Source: Hydrurus foetidus
Lineage: Eukaryota
Assembly (NCBI GenBank): GCA_900617105.1
Contig: UYFQ01000574.1
Coordinates: 62,001 to 92,915 of the forward strand
Length of the DNA: 30,915 bases
Reading direction: 5' to 3'
Of this stretch, positions 13,069 to 24,600 are shown piece by piece. A program made the position numbers and the translations under genes. Every line of letters begins with the position of its first letter. Position 1 is the stretch's first letter. The notes beneath the pieces are model-generated. The model ran no database searches. It worked only from the letters and a program-made list of their open reading frames with translations, and had not been told where the DNA came from.

Positions 13069-13214
13069 TTGACTCTTGACTCTTGACTCTTGACACTTGA
13101 CTCTTGACTCTTGACACTTGACTCTTGACACTTGACTCTTGACTCTTGACTCTTGACTCTTGACTCTTGACTCTTGACTCTTGACTCTTGACTCTTGACT
13201 CTTGACTCTTGACT
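13069..13214 (+). repeat. Heptamer tandem repeat (TTGACTC)n, about 21 units, three of them the variant TTGACAC
   Basis: Read directly from the sequence. Confidence 0.97.
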
Positions 13215-13759
13215 GGTCCCGCATCCCGTAGGGGCCAGTCACTAGTCCTTCACCCTACACCTGCGGTATACAGAATATTTAGATCTTGTCAACCTGGAGC
13301 ATTCTTTGACTCTAACTTCCTATACTAAATTCTCTTTCTATTACTCTGTCTCAATAATTTTCTGAGCCTTTTTTACGCTGCACTCCAGATCATGTTGAAG
13401 GTTGCTTTTTTCGATGAATTATTGTGGAAGACGACAGCCATCATCACAGAAGATTTCATAGATTCGAATGTATCGATAGTAAACTAGCAATACAGCACTG
13501 TGTACTGTAGGCATTACATGCCACAGTATAGAGAAATAAATTGTATTACATGTACATGTACCTATTTGTGCACGTATCACATATTATATATATCATACAG
13601 TATTGAACAAAATAAGCCATACTGTGCAAACGAAACAAATCATAAAATGTATTTTGAGCCGTCTGCATCACAAGGAATCGACCAAGCAACGGTACATTAA
13701 ACTGTGACGCACCGAGTACGGAGGATGGAGGACACTGCTGCTGGGGAAGATAATTATGT

Positions 13760-14658
13760 GGGTACCAATTTGACTGCATTTGGAGCAAATAAAGCTGTTT
13801 CCCGATCAAATGAATCTTAATTTAGACCAAAAAAGTACGAAAAATGGAGCAAACATTTTCAGTATATTTCGCGATCAAATTAGTTCTGATATAAGGAGCA
13901 AAGTTAACCGAAATAGTAGCAAATATTGAGGGAATTTCCCACTTTTTTTTGGAGCAAAACGGTCTTCTATTTCTATCAAACCAATTGCAATTCCTCTCAA
14001 TTCGACTACAAATTCAGACTTTTTTGTGACTGACTGCTCAACTTCAGGCATCGCGGCGAAACTCAATTCTCTGTAGCCTGGCTCGACGCTGAGCCGAAAC
14101 CCTATGTCAGAAGCAAATGTCCTGTTGGATTTGATGATGAGCCTAGAGCCGTAATCACTTCCGACGCTAGAATCTCAGCAAAAAGAAAATTGGATAACTC
14201 GCACTGCAGCGGACGCTACAACCAACTACGCAGCCTATCTCGGGACAAAGCGAAGAAAATTGAAGAATCCATAACGCCGCTGCCGCAGTAGACAACGTGA
14301 TAACCAATTACTCATCCTATCTAGTACCGAGTCGAGTCGAGTTGAATAGGATTTGTAAGACTAAATACAAGATGTCACCTTCTAGCGTTCGCAGCGAAGG
14401 TGGAGAAGCAGCTGCAGGCTACTGTCTCAATTCAGTGAGACATTTGCTCCTATTACGGTTAACTTTGCTCCTTATATCAGAACTAATTTGATCTCAAAAT
14501 CGACTGGAAATGTTTGCTCCATTTCTCGTACTTTTTTGGTCTAAATTAAGATTTATTTGATCGGGAATTTGACAGATTTTATTTGATCGGGAATTTGACA
14601 GATTTTATTTAATCGAAAAACGGCCTCATTTGCTCCAAAAGCAGTCAAATTGGTACCC
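13760..14658. mobile_element. Non-autonomous TIR element (~900 bp) with ~165-215 bp imperfect inverted ends
   Basis: Ends read GGGTACCAATTTGACTGC ... GCAGTCAAATTGGTACCC. Inverted similarity spans 13760-~13925 and ~14442-14658, with repeated GGAGCAAA/TTTGCTCC sub-motifs. TGT(G) lies at both flanks as a candidate TSD. Confidence 0.8.
14553..14615 (+). repeat. 26-bp direct tandem duplication (TTATTTGATCGGGAATTTGACAGATT x2.4) inside the right TIR
   Basis: Read directly from the sequence. It is absent from the left TIR. Confidence 0.85.
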
Positions 14659-15054
14659 CTGTGGTCTCACTAGGACTCTGGGCGCTGGGACTGAGGGCTG
14701 CAGGAACGCGGGCAAAGGGAAAGGTGTGATGGGGCTGGTGCTATGGATAGCAATGTGGTTAGCTTACAGATAAATACAGCAGATATCATAGCAATGAATC
14801 GGATGGAGCGGATCGTCCTCGATCCGAACCGAACGTACGCCTGTACCCGTACATCTCGTACGGGTGTGTGGGTCACAGTGTACTAACTAACAAGATTCAC
14901 TATCAGAATACTAACTATTAATAACTAACTTGTGTTGAATACTATTTCAGACTGAGAACCTAGAGTTCTTTACTGAATAAACCTCCCTAAAATCCGTGAG
15001 GATCCAATTTAGGAGGAATCTTTGTGATTTAGTAACTCAATATGGTTTGACCGC

Positions 15055-15679
15055 CTAACGGTAGTTCGCGATGAATTCGCGTGGTATTAAGTGTTTGAGG
15101 TTCTTTCTGATCAAGAACTCATGTACTTTTTGCGATTTGCGCATGTGTGTCCACGGTTCCTAGGTGTTTTGTTCCTGGGTATAGTTGAGCCATTTCACAT
15201 GAAATGCGAGGGTCTTATAAGCTCGAATGTTGCCTTTCATCTCTAGAATATCTTCGATGAAGAATTCTAGGTAGTCCCTACGAGTAATGTCAGTTGGGTC
15301 GACATGAGTTGAGTCGAATTTAAAAAGGTTTATTTGAGTCATGTGGTACACTTTGTCTTTATGTGTTATTAGATCGAGTAATGTATACTCTGCGAAGTTG
15401 TGACTGACAACTCGCACTGAACCACACCATAGTGTGTTTATGCGTGTTTCTTGTGTTGTTCGCTGTTGCACAAGCACATATGTATCGACACCAAATTGTG
15501 TGATATTTGGAGATTGTTGTGCATTGTGGATGTCGTCTAATTCTTTGAGTAAACGTGCAGTGATTTGGATTAATTCATCCTGCAACGTTAACATCGTATC
15601 TGTTGATTTTGTTAGTGGCTGAAAGTCTAAACCGATTTCGTCTTGCATCAAGATCAATCGAGTTGCCGTAGATGAGTTG
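15055..15679 (-). pseudogene. 3' end of a chromovirus-type Ty3/Gypsy pol (integrase C-terminus plus chromodomain), with a nonsense mutation, truncated by the LTR at 15680
   Basis: VDTYVLV...LWCGSVRVVSH...YTLLDL...YHMTQINLF is a degenerate GPY/F region. It is followed by FFIEDIL...FHVKWLNYTQEQNT*EPWTHMRKSQKVHEFL, where the chromodomain TWEP has TGG changed to TAG. The natural stop is at 15055-15057. Confidence 0.85.
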
Positions 15680-16201
15680 TGTCGGCTTACAACTGCCATA
15701 AGTGCATGTTACAGCCGTAAATACCGTTAAGATAATCACCAATTAGCATTATAAATAATTCACATTTTAGTGTTTAAATGCATGTTAAGGAACACACAAT
15801 AGCATACAGTCAAGTCGCTTCCTCAATGCCATCCATATCGTATGCTATGCTATTGTTATAGTACCTCAAACATAGCCTTAGTTGAGCCGGGTAACATTTA
15901 GTACGAGACTCATCACCTACCATCCTTTCAGTATGTATAAGTGTATGAACTACTACCTCATTTATCATATGCAGAGATTTATCTCCTGCGATCAGACATT
16001 TTGGGAACTGCAACGTCAGAGTAACTTCTAGACGTTTGTCAGGTAGATTGCTTGCCACCACTCGTTACCTGCTGTGTCGCCAAACAAGTTTCTAACTCAT
16101 AATTAACTATTTCCCGTTGCACGATATTACATCGTGGGTCCTCACAACTTCCACTTGGCTTGACCACGGCGCCGCACATCAACGCCTGCTGACAACTGAC
16201 A
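15680..16201 (+). repeat. 5' LTR of the Gypsy element (LTR-A, 522 bp)
   Basis: TGTCGG...CTGACA termini, immediately followed by a PBS. The 5' boundary was fixed by alignment to 26080-26595 and by the end of the chromovirus coding remnant. Confidence 0.85.
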
Positions 16202-16214
16202 TGGTAGCGATTGA
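16202..16214 (+). promoter_or_regulatory. Primer-binding site TGGTAGCGATTGA (probably initiator tRNA-Met)
   Basis: TGG directly follows the LTR ...CA. TGGTAGC is complementary to the GCUACCA 3' end typical of many eukaryotic initiator tRNAs. Confidence 0.8.
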
Positions 16215-17309
16215 CCAGGTGTAGCTGTCTGGGGTCCTAGGGACCTTGGACCCGATTCCGTCTCTAGGTACACCTAAACTCCGTAGACTTCTAGGTAGAC
16301 TTCTAGCCATGCATAGGACGTTTCCTAGCGTTTGCCAGTTGTTTTCCTAACGTACCTAACCTAAGCAAGACCTTTCCCCATCCTAGCCTAAACCCTTCTA
16401 GGCCACAGTGACGTCACTCAGCCATTCCATCGTAGTTTCCACCGTCGTTTTCGTAGTTGCCATCGTCCATTTCATCCATCACCGCCCAGAAACTATCGTA
16501 TCGCTCCACTGGAGGGCTTCCAAGAGGTCCCACTCCTTCGTGATCGTTTATTTCTGGCCGAACTTCGTGCTATCCGCGAGGAAATCGAGAATCGCTGCCC
16601 AACTCCGGAGAATACTTGGGCCGACGACGACCCGAATCGTCCGCCAGACAACTCTCCGTCGCAGCAATCCATCGTACCCTCGACTCCTACTTCGAGAAAT
16701 CCATCGTCCGTTGGTTTTCCTCAAGTAGTTAGCCGAGCAGTAGCGAGTTCATCGCATCTAGTCGCCTCTAACCCCCAATCTTCTCACTCCACACACCAAC
16801 ACAACCCCCGAGTTAACTCGGTAGCTTCTGCTTTTCAGCATAGAAGATCGGCTTTTAAGCCTAGACCAGTTGTTCAGCGAGTTCTTTTGAGCTCGCTACG
16901 CTGTATACCAAGGTTTCCCCCAGAAGCCTTGCAAAATTTGCTTGAAACCCACGATTTCTTGTCTGTTTCATCTGATTTTAATTCACTTTCTGCACCGACT
17001 TATACGTCGACGTTCCCGGTGGTAATTCCAACCACCTCAAACCCAAGCAATCTACTTGGTTGCAAAAACATTCCGAGAGTGCATCTCGCTGAGCTTGAAT
17101 CCTCGCTTGACGAGTTGGCGGAATCGCTGTTTCCATACGAAACAGACCCGAATATATTTTCGACTTCACGAGTCGAAATATCTCGTAGATACCCCCAATT
17201 CATGGTGAAGAAATGACCTATACAGCCTTTGCGACGTGCTTCTGTTCCGCAAAGAGACCAAACAATACCGCTTACACAGCGAGAACCCTCAAATTCAAAT
17301 TTAAAGCTG

Positions 17310-20300
17310 ATGTCAAATTTACCTGCGGATTATTTAGCAGAGACTCCGTATGAGACCGGAGAGGAGTCAATGGAAATTGACGCCGTTCCTTCCAATTCAC
17401 ACCGTCATGGGCTACCTGACTTGGAAGATGGTGGAGAAATACCACGAGACAATTACGATTACTCTGAAGAGAGTGATATCGAGAACTCTCCGAGTAAATC
17501 GAGCCCGAGTAACTCGTCTAGTAGCTCTAGTAGCACTAGTAACCCCGATAGGCCCTTGACCTTACCTGAACTGTGTCAACAGGCATCGATGCGTGGTGAA
17601 GCTGGCGAAAGTACAGTCGCCCCGATTATCGAAAACGTGCGGCAGTCAACCCTCGTTCCCATCGTAGTCGATGTTCCACTCCGTACTCCTCAGTACAATA
17701 TGGAGCAGGTTGCAAGTGCTTTTAAACAGAGCATTACCGGTGGATTAAACCTCCAGAAACCGCTGTTTATCATTGATACCCCGAACATTACGGGAGAACA
17801 AGCTGCGAAGTTTCAAAATCAAGCCAATCAATGGCATGACAACTTTTTTACGCACCAGGTCGTCGTCGACCCCGCGACCTATGTCATACAATACGCTTTT
17901 GCAAGCGACCCAGAGTTTACTACACTCCCCAAAGATAAGTTTTCCACATGGTATAACCATGTTACAGTCAAAAAGGCTGCGACCATCATAACCAAATATT
18001 TTGGCGACAAAAATGATGTGGGTCGGACTCTCGTAGAGAACTTCGCGTCAATTGAAATTAATTTTTCTTTCACGAATGAGACCTACGAGAGGGAAACTTT
18101 CATGAAACTCAAGTCGCTTACAGCGACTTACGAGAACACCCAACCAATCACTCCAGAGCAGCATGCTGCACTGATAGTAACGATTGAGAAAAAACTCAAA
18201 CCTGATAGTCAACTAAAAAACGATTATTTCAGGGTGAAGGGTAACAATGGTAAACCCATTGCGAATGAGACCTGGGAGTCTGCATTCATCCGTTTTGGAA
18301 CGTGCATCGGACACGTACGTAAGCTTCTCAAAGAAGTCGCTAACTACGGTGACCCCGTTGGGAGACACTCTTACTCTTCGAGAGAGAGCCGCTATGATGA
18401 GCGAGTAACCCAGGTACCAAAAGCACAACAGATGATCATACCTGAACAGAGATCATTCTCTGCTGCTGTCTATGCTAAATCAGCACTAGCAGCACTGCCT
18501 CTCCCTCCCCCTGCTCAACCTATGCAAACGATGCAAGCTACCGCTCCCTTGGCAAGGAGAACATCAAATGACCCTCCGGTCCAGATGCGGCCCCAACCGC
18601 CACCTCCACCATGTCGCTCGTGTGGACATGCCGGACATGAGGTCCGAGACTGTCCGGCTCTGTTCTTTTCAGACGCCAACAATGAACTCCATCTGCTATG
18701 GAAGGACTCCACGATGGGTCACCTGTGGCTTCACCATGGGTTCCAAGCCTATGATGCGGGAGTCAAACTTCCAGGGTACGAGACCCAACACCTGAACAGA
18801 CCTCAGTCTGAATTCAAAGTGGGTATGCTATACCCACCCAAGAATCAGTTTAAGCGAACTCGTTTCGAGGGTACGCAGCCCCCGGCGCACGACCCCGCTA
18901 CAAATGCCCAACACGCGGAGAACCGCAGAAACAAAAAACAAGGTAATCCTTTGCACCAATCTGCTATCCTAGCAGCATCTCTGACTAAAATAGACATTGA
19001 TTCTAATTTTTTGTCTGCTTGGATTTTTATAAATCAGCTAAGCAGAGTCAGGAATGGGGCCAGGGTCACAACCCATACGTACCCCACCAACTACCCCCAA
19101 GGCCATAGGCCCCAAAGGGTTCTGGCGAAGGTTCTCCTGGATACCGGGAGCCTCCCCGGCGACTTTATTAGTCAGACTTTTGTAGATAACATTCACGGAG
19201 ATGATTTTGTTTACACATCTAATAACCCACTCACTATATGTTCTGGTCTCGATAACACTTGTTATGTTAGAGACCAGGTAATCGATATAGGCATGATTTT
19301 TGTCACAAACACTCTGTTAATTGAAACGATATTTTTAACAGTAAGGATTATTCCTAACACTATCGATTTAATTTTGGGTCGACCAACTCTTAGAAGTTAT
19401 GATTTCTTCACTTTAACCCCTTTTGAAATCGGGATGCCTAATGTGATAAACTCATTCGATAGAATGGAAGTTTTATTAGCTGCGGAGGGCATTCCGTCCA
19501 TACGTGAGTGCGAGAAGGGTGAAATGGCACGTCCTCATTCTGGTCATAGTACCATGCCATTCCACAAAACAGACTCTAACAGAGTAGCTCGCTGTTTTGA
19601 TGTCGGATGCTCTAGTCAACCGAGACCCTCTAGGGCTGAAACTATGTGTGACAGTTGTAACCATGTATCGACTCATGGTGGTGATCTACGTCTCCGAACG
19701 TACACCCTAGCACATTTATGTGAAATGGCAGATAGTGCTAAAACAGACGCTAGAGTGGAAACACCTAGTGGTATCGTAATCTCTTCAGACGAGATAGATA
19801 ATGAGAAGACCGATACTTTTCTCCCATTCTTGCCTAATCACATTAAGCAGAATGCTCCGCCTATAGGGCCAGAGGACTTTTTGTCACAAATAACAATTGA
19901 AGGGACGGAACACCAACAATTGCTTATTAGACGACTCTGTCTTAAATACGCAGACATATTTAGCGATAAACTAGCAGCTAAACCTGCTAGACTTCCTCCC
20001 TTTGTTATAAAAGTCAACAAGAGAGAATGGGAAAGTCCTAGAAATAGGACTGCCGTGCGTCTGCAAACCGTTCGAAAAGAACGTGAGATAAAACGAGCCA
20101 TCGATGAGATGTTGCGCTCGGGAGTCATTGAAGAATCGACGGCGGTTTATTATAGCCATCCTGTCATAGTACAGAGAACAGCTGATTTATACGGATTTTG
20201 CATTGACTATCGAAATCTGAATAAATGCACCGAGACTGCCAGCTGGCCGTTGCCGAACATTCGGGCTCTTTTCGAGCGAATCGGCCATCAACAGCCAAAC

Positions 20301-20945
20301 ATATTCGGAGTCATGGATCTAACTTCAGGCTACCATCAGGCACCTATGGATCATGCATTCAGGGTCCTGACTGCATTCATTTGCTATTATGGTGTATAAC
20401 AATTCACCAGACTACCCTTCGGTCCTCGGAGAGCCCCCTCTTACTTCCAAGAGATGATGGCGACTATAGTCCTCAATGGACTCATTTACATTTCATGTGA
20501 AATGTACTTGGACGATTGTATCGTCTTTGCACGAGGTCAGGATGAGTTCCTGGAGAGACTAGAACGAGTCTTTCGACGTTTTCGTTGTTTTGGTTTACTG
20601 CTTAAAGCAAAGAAATGTAGATTTGGTATGACCCAAATCGATTATGTCGGTCGACAAATTTCTTCCCAAGGCATTTCTATGTCTAAAGAGAAGATAGAAA
20701 CGGTTTTAAATTTCCCGAAACCCATGACCCTTACTTCTTTACGAAGTTTATTGGGCTTGGCGAACTACTTCAGGAACTTTGTTCCCTTTCATGCCGACAT
20801 AGTCGCTCCACTTCAAAAGATGATCGACCCTAAAGGGCGTAAAAAATCTAAAATTGACTGGAACGAACAGGCAGATAAGTCTTTCTTTGCAATAAGAAAA
20901 GCAATATCCCGCTGCCCACTTCTTCATTTTTTAGATGAAGTGTGA
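17310..20945 (+). pseudogene. Gypsy gag-PR-RT copy 1, with a premature TAA at 20397-20399 in RT, truncated before RNase H
   Basis: ORFs 17229-20399 and 20454-20945 are in the same frame. TAA here corresponds to TAC in copy 2. The first ATG is at 17310. Confidence 0.9.
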
Positions 20946-21082
20946 TTTTTTTCTTTTTTTTAGAAATACCACGAGACAATTACGATTAGTCTGAAGAGAG
21001 TGATATCGAGAACTCTCCGAGTAAATCGAGCCCGAGTAACTCGTCTAGTAGCTCTAGTAGCACTAGTAACCCCGATAGGCCC

Positions 21083-24000
21083 TTGACCTTACCTGAACTG
21101 TGTCAACAGGCATCGATGCGTGGTGAAGCTGGCGAAAGTACAGTCGCCCCGATTATCGAAAACGTGCGGCAGTCAACCCTCGTTCCCATCGTAGTCGATG
21201 TTCCACTCCGTACTCCTCAGTACAATATGGAGCAGGTTGCAAGTGCTTTTAAACAGAGCATTACCGGTGGATTAAACCTCCAGAAACCGCTGTTTATCAT
21301 TGATACCCCGAACATTACGGGAGAACAAGCTGCGAAGTTTCAAAATCAGGCCAATCAATGGCATGACAACTTTTTTACGCACCAGGTCGTCGTCGACCCC
21401 GCGACCTATGTCATACAATACGCTTTTGCAAGCGACCCAGAGTTTACTACACTCCCCAAAGATAAGTTTTCCACATGGTATAACCATGTTACAGTCAAAC
21501 AGGCTGCGACCATCATAACGAAACATTTTGGCGACAAAAATGATGTGGGTCGGACTCTCGTAGAGAACTTCGCGTCAATTGAAATTAATTTTTCTTTCAC
21601 GAATGAGACCTACGAGAGGGAAACTTTCATGAAACTCAAGTCGCTTACAGCGACTTACGAGAACACCCAACCAATCACCCCAGAGCAGCATGCTGCACTG
21701 ATAGTAACGATTGAGAAAAAACTCAAACCTGATAGTCAACTAAAAAACGATTATTTCAGGGTGAAGGGTAACAATGGTAAACCCATTGCGAATGAGACCT
21801 GGGAGTCTGCATTCATCCGTTTTGGAACGTGCATCGGACACGTACGTAAGCTTCTCAAAGAAGTCGCTAACTACGGTGACCCCGTTGGGAGACACTCTTA
21901 CTCTTCGAGAGAGAGCCGCTATGATGAGCGAGTAACCCAGGTACCAAAAGCACAACAGATGATCATACCTGAACAGAGATCATTCTCTGCTGCTGTCTAT
22001 GCTAAATCAGCACTAGCAGCACTGCCTCTCCCTCCCCCTGCTCAACCTATGCAAACGATGCAAGCTACCGCTCCCTTGGCAAGGAGAACATCAAATGACC
22101 CTCCGGTTCAGATGCGGCCCCAACCGCCACCTCCACCATGTCGCTCGTGTGGATATGCCGGACATGAGGTCCGAGACTGTCCGGCTCTGTTCTTTTCAGA
22201 CGCCAACAATGAACTTCATCTGCTATGGAAGGACTCCACGATGGGTCACCTGTGGCTTCACCATGGGTTCCAAGCCTATGATGCGGGAGTCAAACTTCCA
22301 GGGTACGAGACCCAACACCTGAACAGACCTCAGTCTGAATTCAAAGTGGGTATGCTATACCCACCCAAGAATCAGTTTAAGCGAACTCGTTTCGAGGGTA
22401 CGCAGCCCCCGGCGCACGACCCCGCTACAAATGCCCAACACGCGGAGAACCGCAGAAACAAAAAACAAGGTAATCCTTTGCACCAATCTGCTATCCTAGC
22501 AGCATCTCTGACTAAAATAGACATTGATTCTAATTTCTTGTCTGCTTGGAATTTTATAAATCAGCTAAGCAGAGTCAGGAATGGAGCCAGGGTCACAACC
22601 CATACGTGCCTCACCAACTACCCCCAAGGCCATAGGCCCCAAAGGGTTCTGGCGAAGGTTCTCCTGGATACCGGGAGCCTCCCCGGCGACTTTATTAGTC
22701 AGACTTTTGTAGATAACATTCACGGAGATGGTTTTGTTTACACATCTAATAACCCACTCACTATATGTTCTGGTCTCGATAACACTTGTTATGTTAGAGA
22801 CCAGGTAATCGATATAGGCATGATTTTTGTCACAAACACTCTGTTAATTGAAACGATATTTTTAACAGTAAGGATTATTCCTAACACTATCGATTTAATT
22901 TTGGGTCGACCAACTCTTAGAAGTTATGATTTCTTCACTTTAACCCCTTTTGAAATCGGGATGCCTAATGTGATAAACTCATTCGAAAGAATGGAAGTTT
23001 TATTAGCTGCGGAGGGCATTCCGTCCATACGTGAGGGCGAGAAGGGTGAATTGGCACGTCCTCATTCTGGTCATAGTACCATGCCATTCCACAAAACAGA
23101 CTCTAACAGAGTAGCTCGCTGTTTTGATGTCGGATGCTCTAGTCAACCGAGCACCTCTAGGGCTGAAACTATGTGTGACAGTTGTAACCATGTATCGACT
23201 CATGGTGGTGATCTACGTCTCCGAACGTACACCCTAGCACATTTATGTGAAATGGCAGATATTGCTAAAACAGACGCTAGAGTGGAAACACCTAGTGGTA
23301 TCGTAATCTCTTCAGACGAGATAGATAATGAGAAGACCGATACTTTTCTCCCATTCTTGCCTAATCACATTAAGCAGAATGCTCCGCCTATAGGGCCAGA
23401 GGACTTTTTGTCACAAATAACAATTGAAGGGACGGAACACCAACAATTGCTTATTAGACGACTCTGTCTCAAATACGCAGACATATTTAGCGATAAACTA
23501 GCAGCTAAACCTGCTAGACTTCCTCCCTTTGTTATAAAAGTCAACAAGAGAGAATGGGAAAGTCCTAGAAATAGGACTGCCGTGCGTCTGCAAACCGTAA
23601 GTGAGATAAAACGAGCCATCGATGAGATGTTGCGCTCGGGAGTCATTGAAGAATCGACGGCGGTTTATTACAGCCATCCTGTCATAGTACAGAGAACAGC
23701 TGATCTATACAGATTTTGCATTGACTACCGAAATCTGAATAAATGCACCGAGGCTGCCAGCTGGCCGCTGCCGAACATTCGCGCTCTTTTCGAGCGAATC
23801 GGCCATCAACAGCCAAACATATTCGGAGTTATGGATCTAACTTCAGGCTACCATCAGGCACCTATGGATCATGCATTCAGGGTCCTGACTGCATTCATTT
23901 GCTATTATGGTGTATACCAATTCACCAGACTACCCTTCGGTCCTCGGAGAGCCCCCTCTTACTTCCAAGAGATGATGGCGACTATAGTCCTCAATGGACT

Positions 24001-24463
24001 CATTTATATTTCATGTGAAATGTACTTGGACGATTGTATCGTCTTTGCACGAGGTCAGGATGAGTTCCTGGAGAGACTAGAACGAGTCTTTCGACGTTTT
24101 CGTTGTTTTGGTTTACTGCTTAAAGCAAAGAAATGTAGATTTGGTATGACCCAAATCGATTATGTCGGTCGACAAATTTCTTCCCAAGGCATTTCTATGT
24201 CTAAAGAGAAGATAGAAACGGTTTTAAATTTCCCGAAACCCATGACCCTTACTTCTTTACGAAGTTTATTGGGCTTGGCGAACTACTTCAGGAACTTTGT
24301 TCCCTTTCATGCCGACATAGTCGCTCCACTTCAAAAGATGATCGACCCTAAAGGGCGTAAAAAATCTAAAATTGACTGGAACGAACAGGCAGATAAGTCT
24401 TTCTTTGCAATAAGAAAAGCAATATCCCGCTGCCCACTTCTTCATTTTTTAGATGAAGTGTGA
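21083..24463 (+). CDS. Gypsy gag-PR-RT copy 2: uninterrupted ORF (first ATG 21116) lacking the native N-terminus, RNase H and integrase
   Basis: 1126-codon ORF with CCHC, LLDTGS and YLDD. It ends at CPLLHFLDEV*, just before the expected RNase H TDAS motif. Confidence 0.85.
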   Translation: MTLPELCQQASMRGEAGESTVAPIIENVRQSTLVPIVVDVPLRTPQYNMEQVASAFKQSITGGLNLQKPLFIIDTPNITGEQAAKFQNQANQWHDNFFTHQVVVDPATYVIQYAFASDPEFTTLPKDKFSTWYNHVTVKQAATIITKHFGDKNDVGRTLVENFASIEINFSFTNETYERETFMKLKSLTATYENTQPITPEQHAALIVTIEKKLKPDSQLKNDYFRVKGNNGKPIANETWESAFIRFGTCIGHVRKLLKEVANYGDPVGRHSYSSRESRYDERVTQVPKAQQMIIPEQRSFSAAVYAKSALAALPLPPPAQPMQTMQATAPLARRTSNDPPVQMRPQPPPPPCRSCGYAGHEVRDCPALFFSDANNELHLLWKDSTMGHLWLHHGFQAYDAGVKLPGYETQHLNRPQSEFKVGMLYPPKNQFKRTRFEGTQPPAHDPATNAQHAENRRNKKQGNPLHQSAILAASLTKIDIDSNFLSAWNFINQLSRVRNGARVTTHTCLTNYPQGHRPQRVLAKVLLDTGSLPGDFISQTFVDNIHGDGFVYTSNNPLTICSGLDNTCYVRDQVIDIGMIFVTNTLLIETIFLTVRIIPNTIDLILGRPTLRSYDFFTLTPFEIGMPNVINSFERMEVLLAAEGIPSIREGEKGELARPHSGHSTMPFHKTDSNRVARCFDVGCSSQPSTSRAETMCDSCNHVSTHGGDLRLRTYTLAHLCEMADIAKTDARVETPSGIVISSDEIDNEKTDTFLPFLPNHIKQNAPPIGPEDFLSQITIEGTEHQQLLIRRLCLKYADIFSDKLAAKPARLPPFVIKVNKREWESPRNRTAVRLQTVSEIKRAIDEMLRSGVIEESTAVYYSHPVIVQRTADLYRFCIDYRNLNKCTEAASWPLPNIRALFERIGHQQPNIFGVMDLTSGYHQAPMDHAFRVLTAFICYYGVYQFTRLPFGPRRAPSYFQEMMATIVLNGLIYISCEMYLDDCIVFARGQDEFLERLERVFRRFRCFGLLLKAKKCRFGMTQIDYVGRQISSQGISMSKEKIETVLNFPKPMTLTSLRSLLGLANYFRNFVPFHADIVAPLQKMIDPKGRKKSKIDWNEQADKSFFAIRKAISRCPLLHFLDEV

Positions 24464-24600
24464 TTTTTTTCTTTTTTTTAGAAATACCACGAGACAATTA
24501 CGATTAGTCTGAAGAGAGTGATATCGAGAACTCTCCGAGTAAATCGAGCCCGAGTAACTCGTCTAGTAGCTCTAGTAGCACTAGTAACCCCGATAGGCCC

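Larger units (their letters stand above)
13700..14880. mobile_element. Possible small (~280 bp) TIR element or LTR-like unit, split by the 13760-14658 insertion
   Basis: TA|AACTGTGACGCAC ... GTGGGTCACAGTG|TA is an 11/13 inverted match flanked by TA. The core TGTGAC...GTCACA also resembles LTR termini. Confidence 0.35.

Noticed and set aside
12835..13242. ORF with QESRVKS repeats; also a CRISPR or telomere interpretation of the array
   Set aside because: The ORF is only the translation of the heptamer satellite. There are no spacers, and the unit is not a TTAGGG/TTTAGGG-type repeat.
14975..14995. TTTTAGGGAGG on the minus strand as the chromovirus polypurine tract
   Set aside because: The position is plausible, but the tract is short and not followed by a TG LTR start, so it cannot be supported.
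20000..24463. RT as a retron, DGR or group II intron RT
   Set aside because: The motifs and the gag-PR-RT context are typical of Ty3/Gypsy in a eukaryotic genome.
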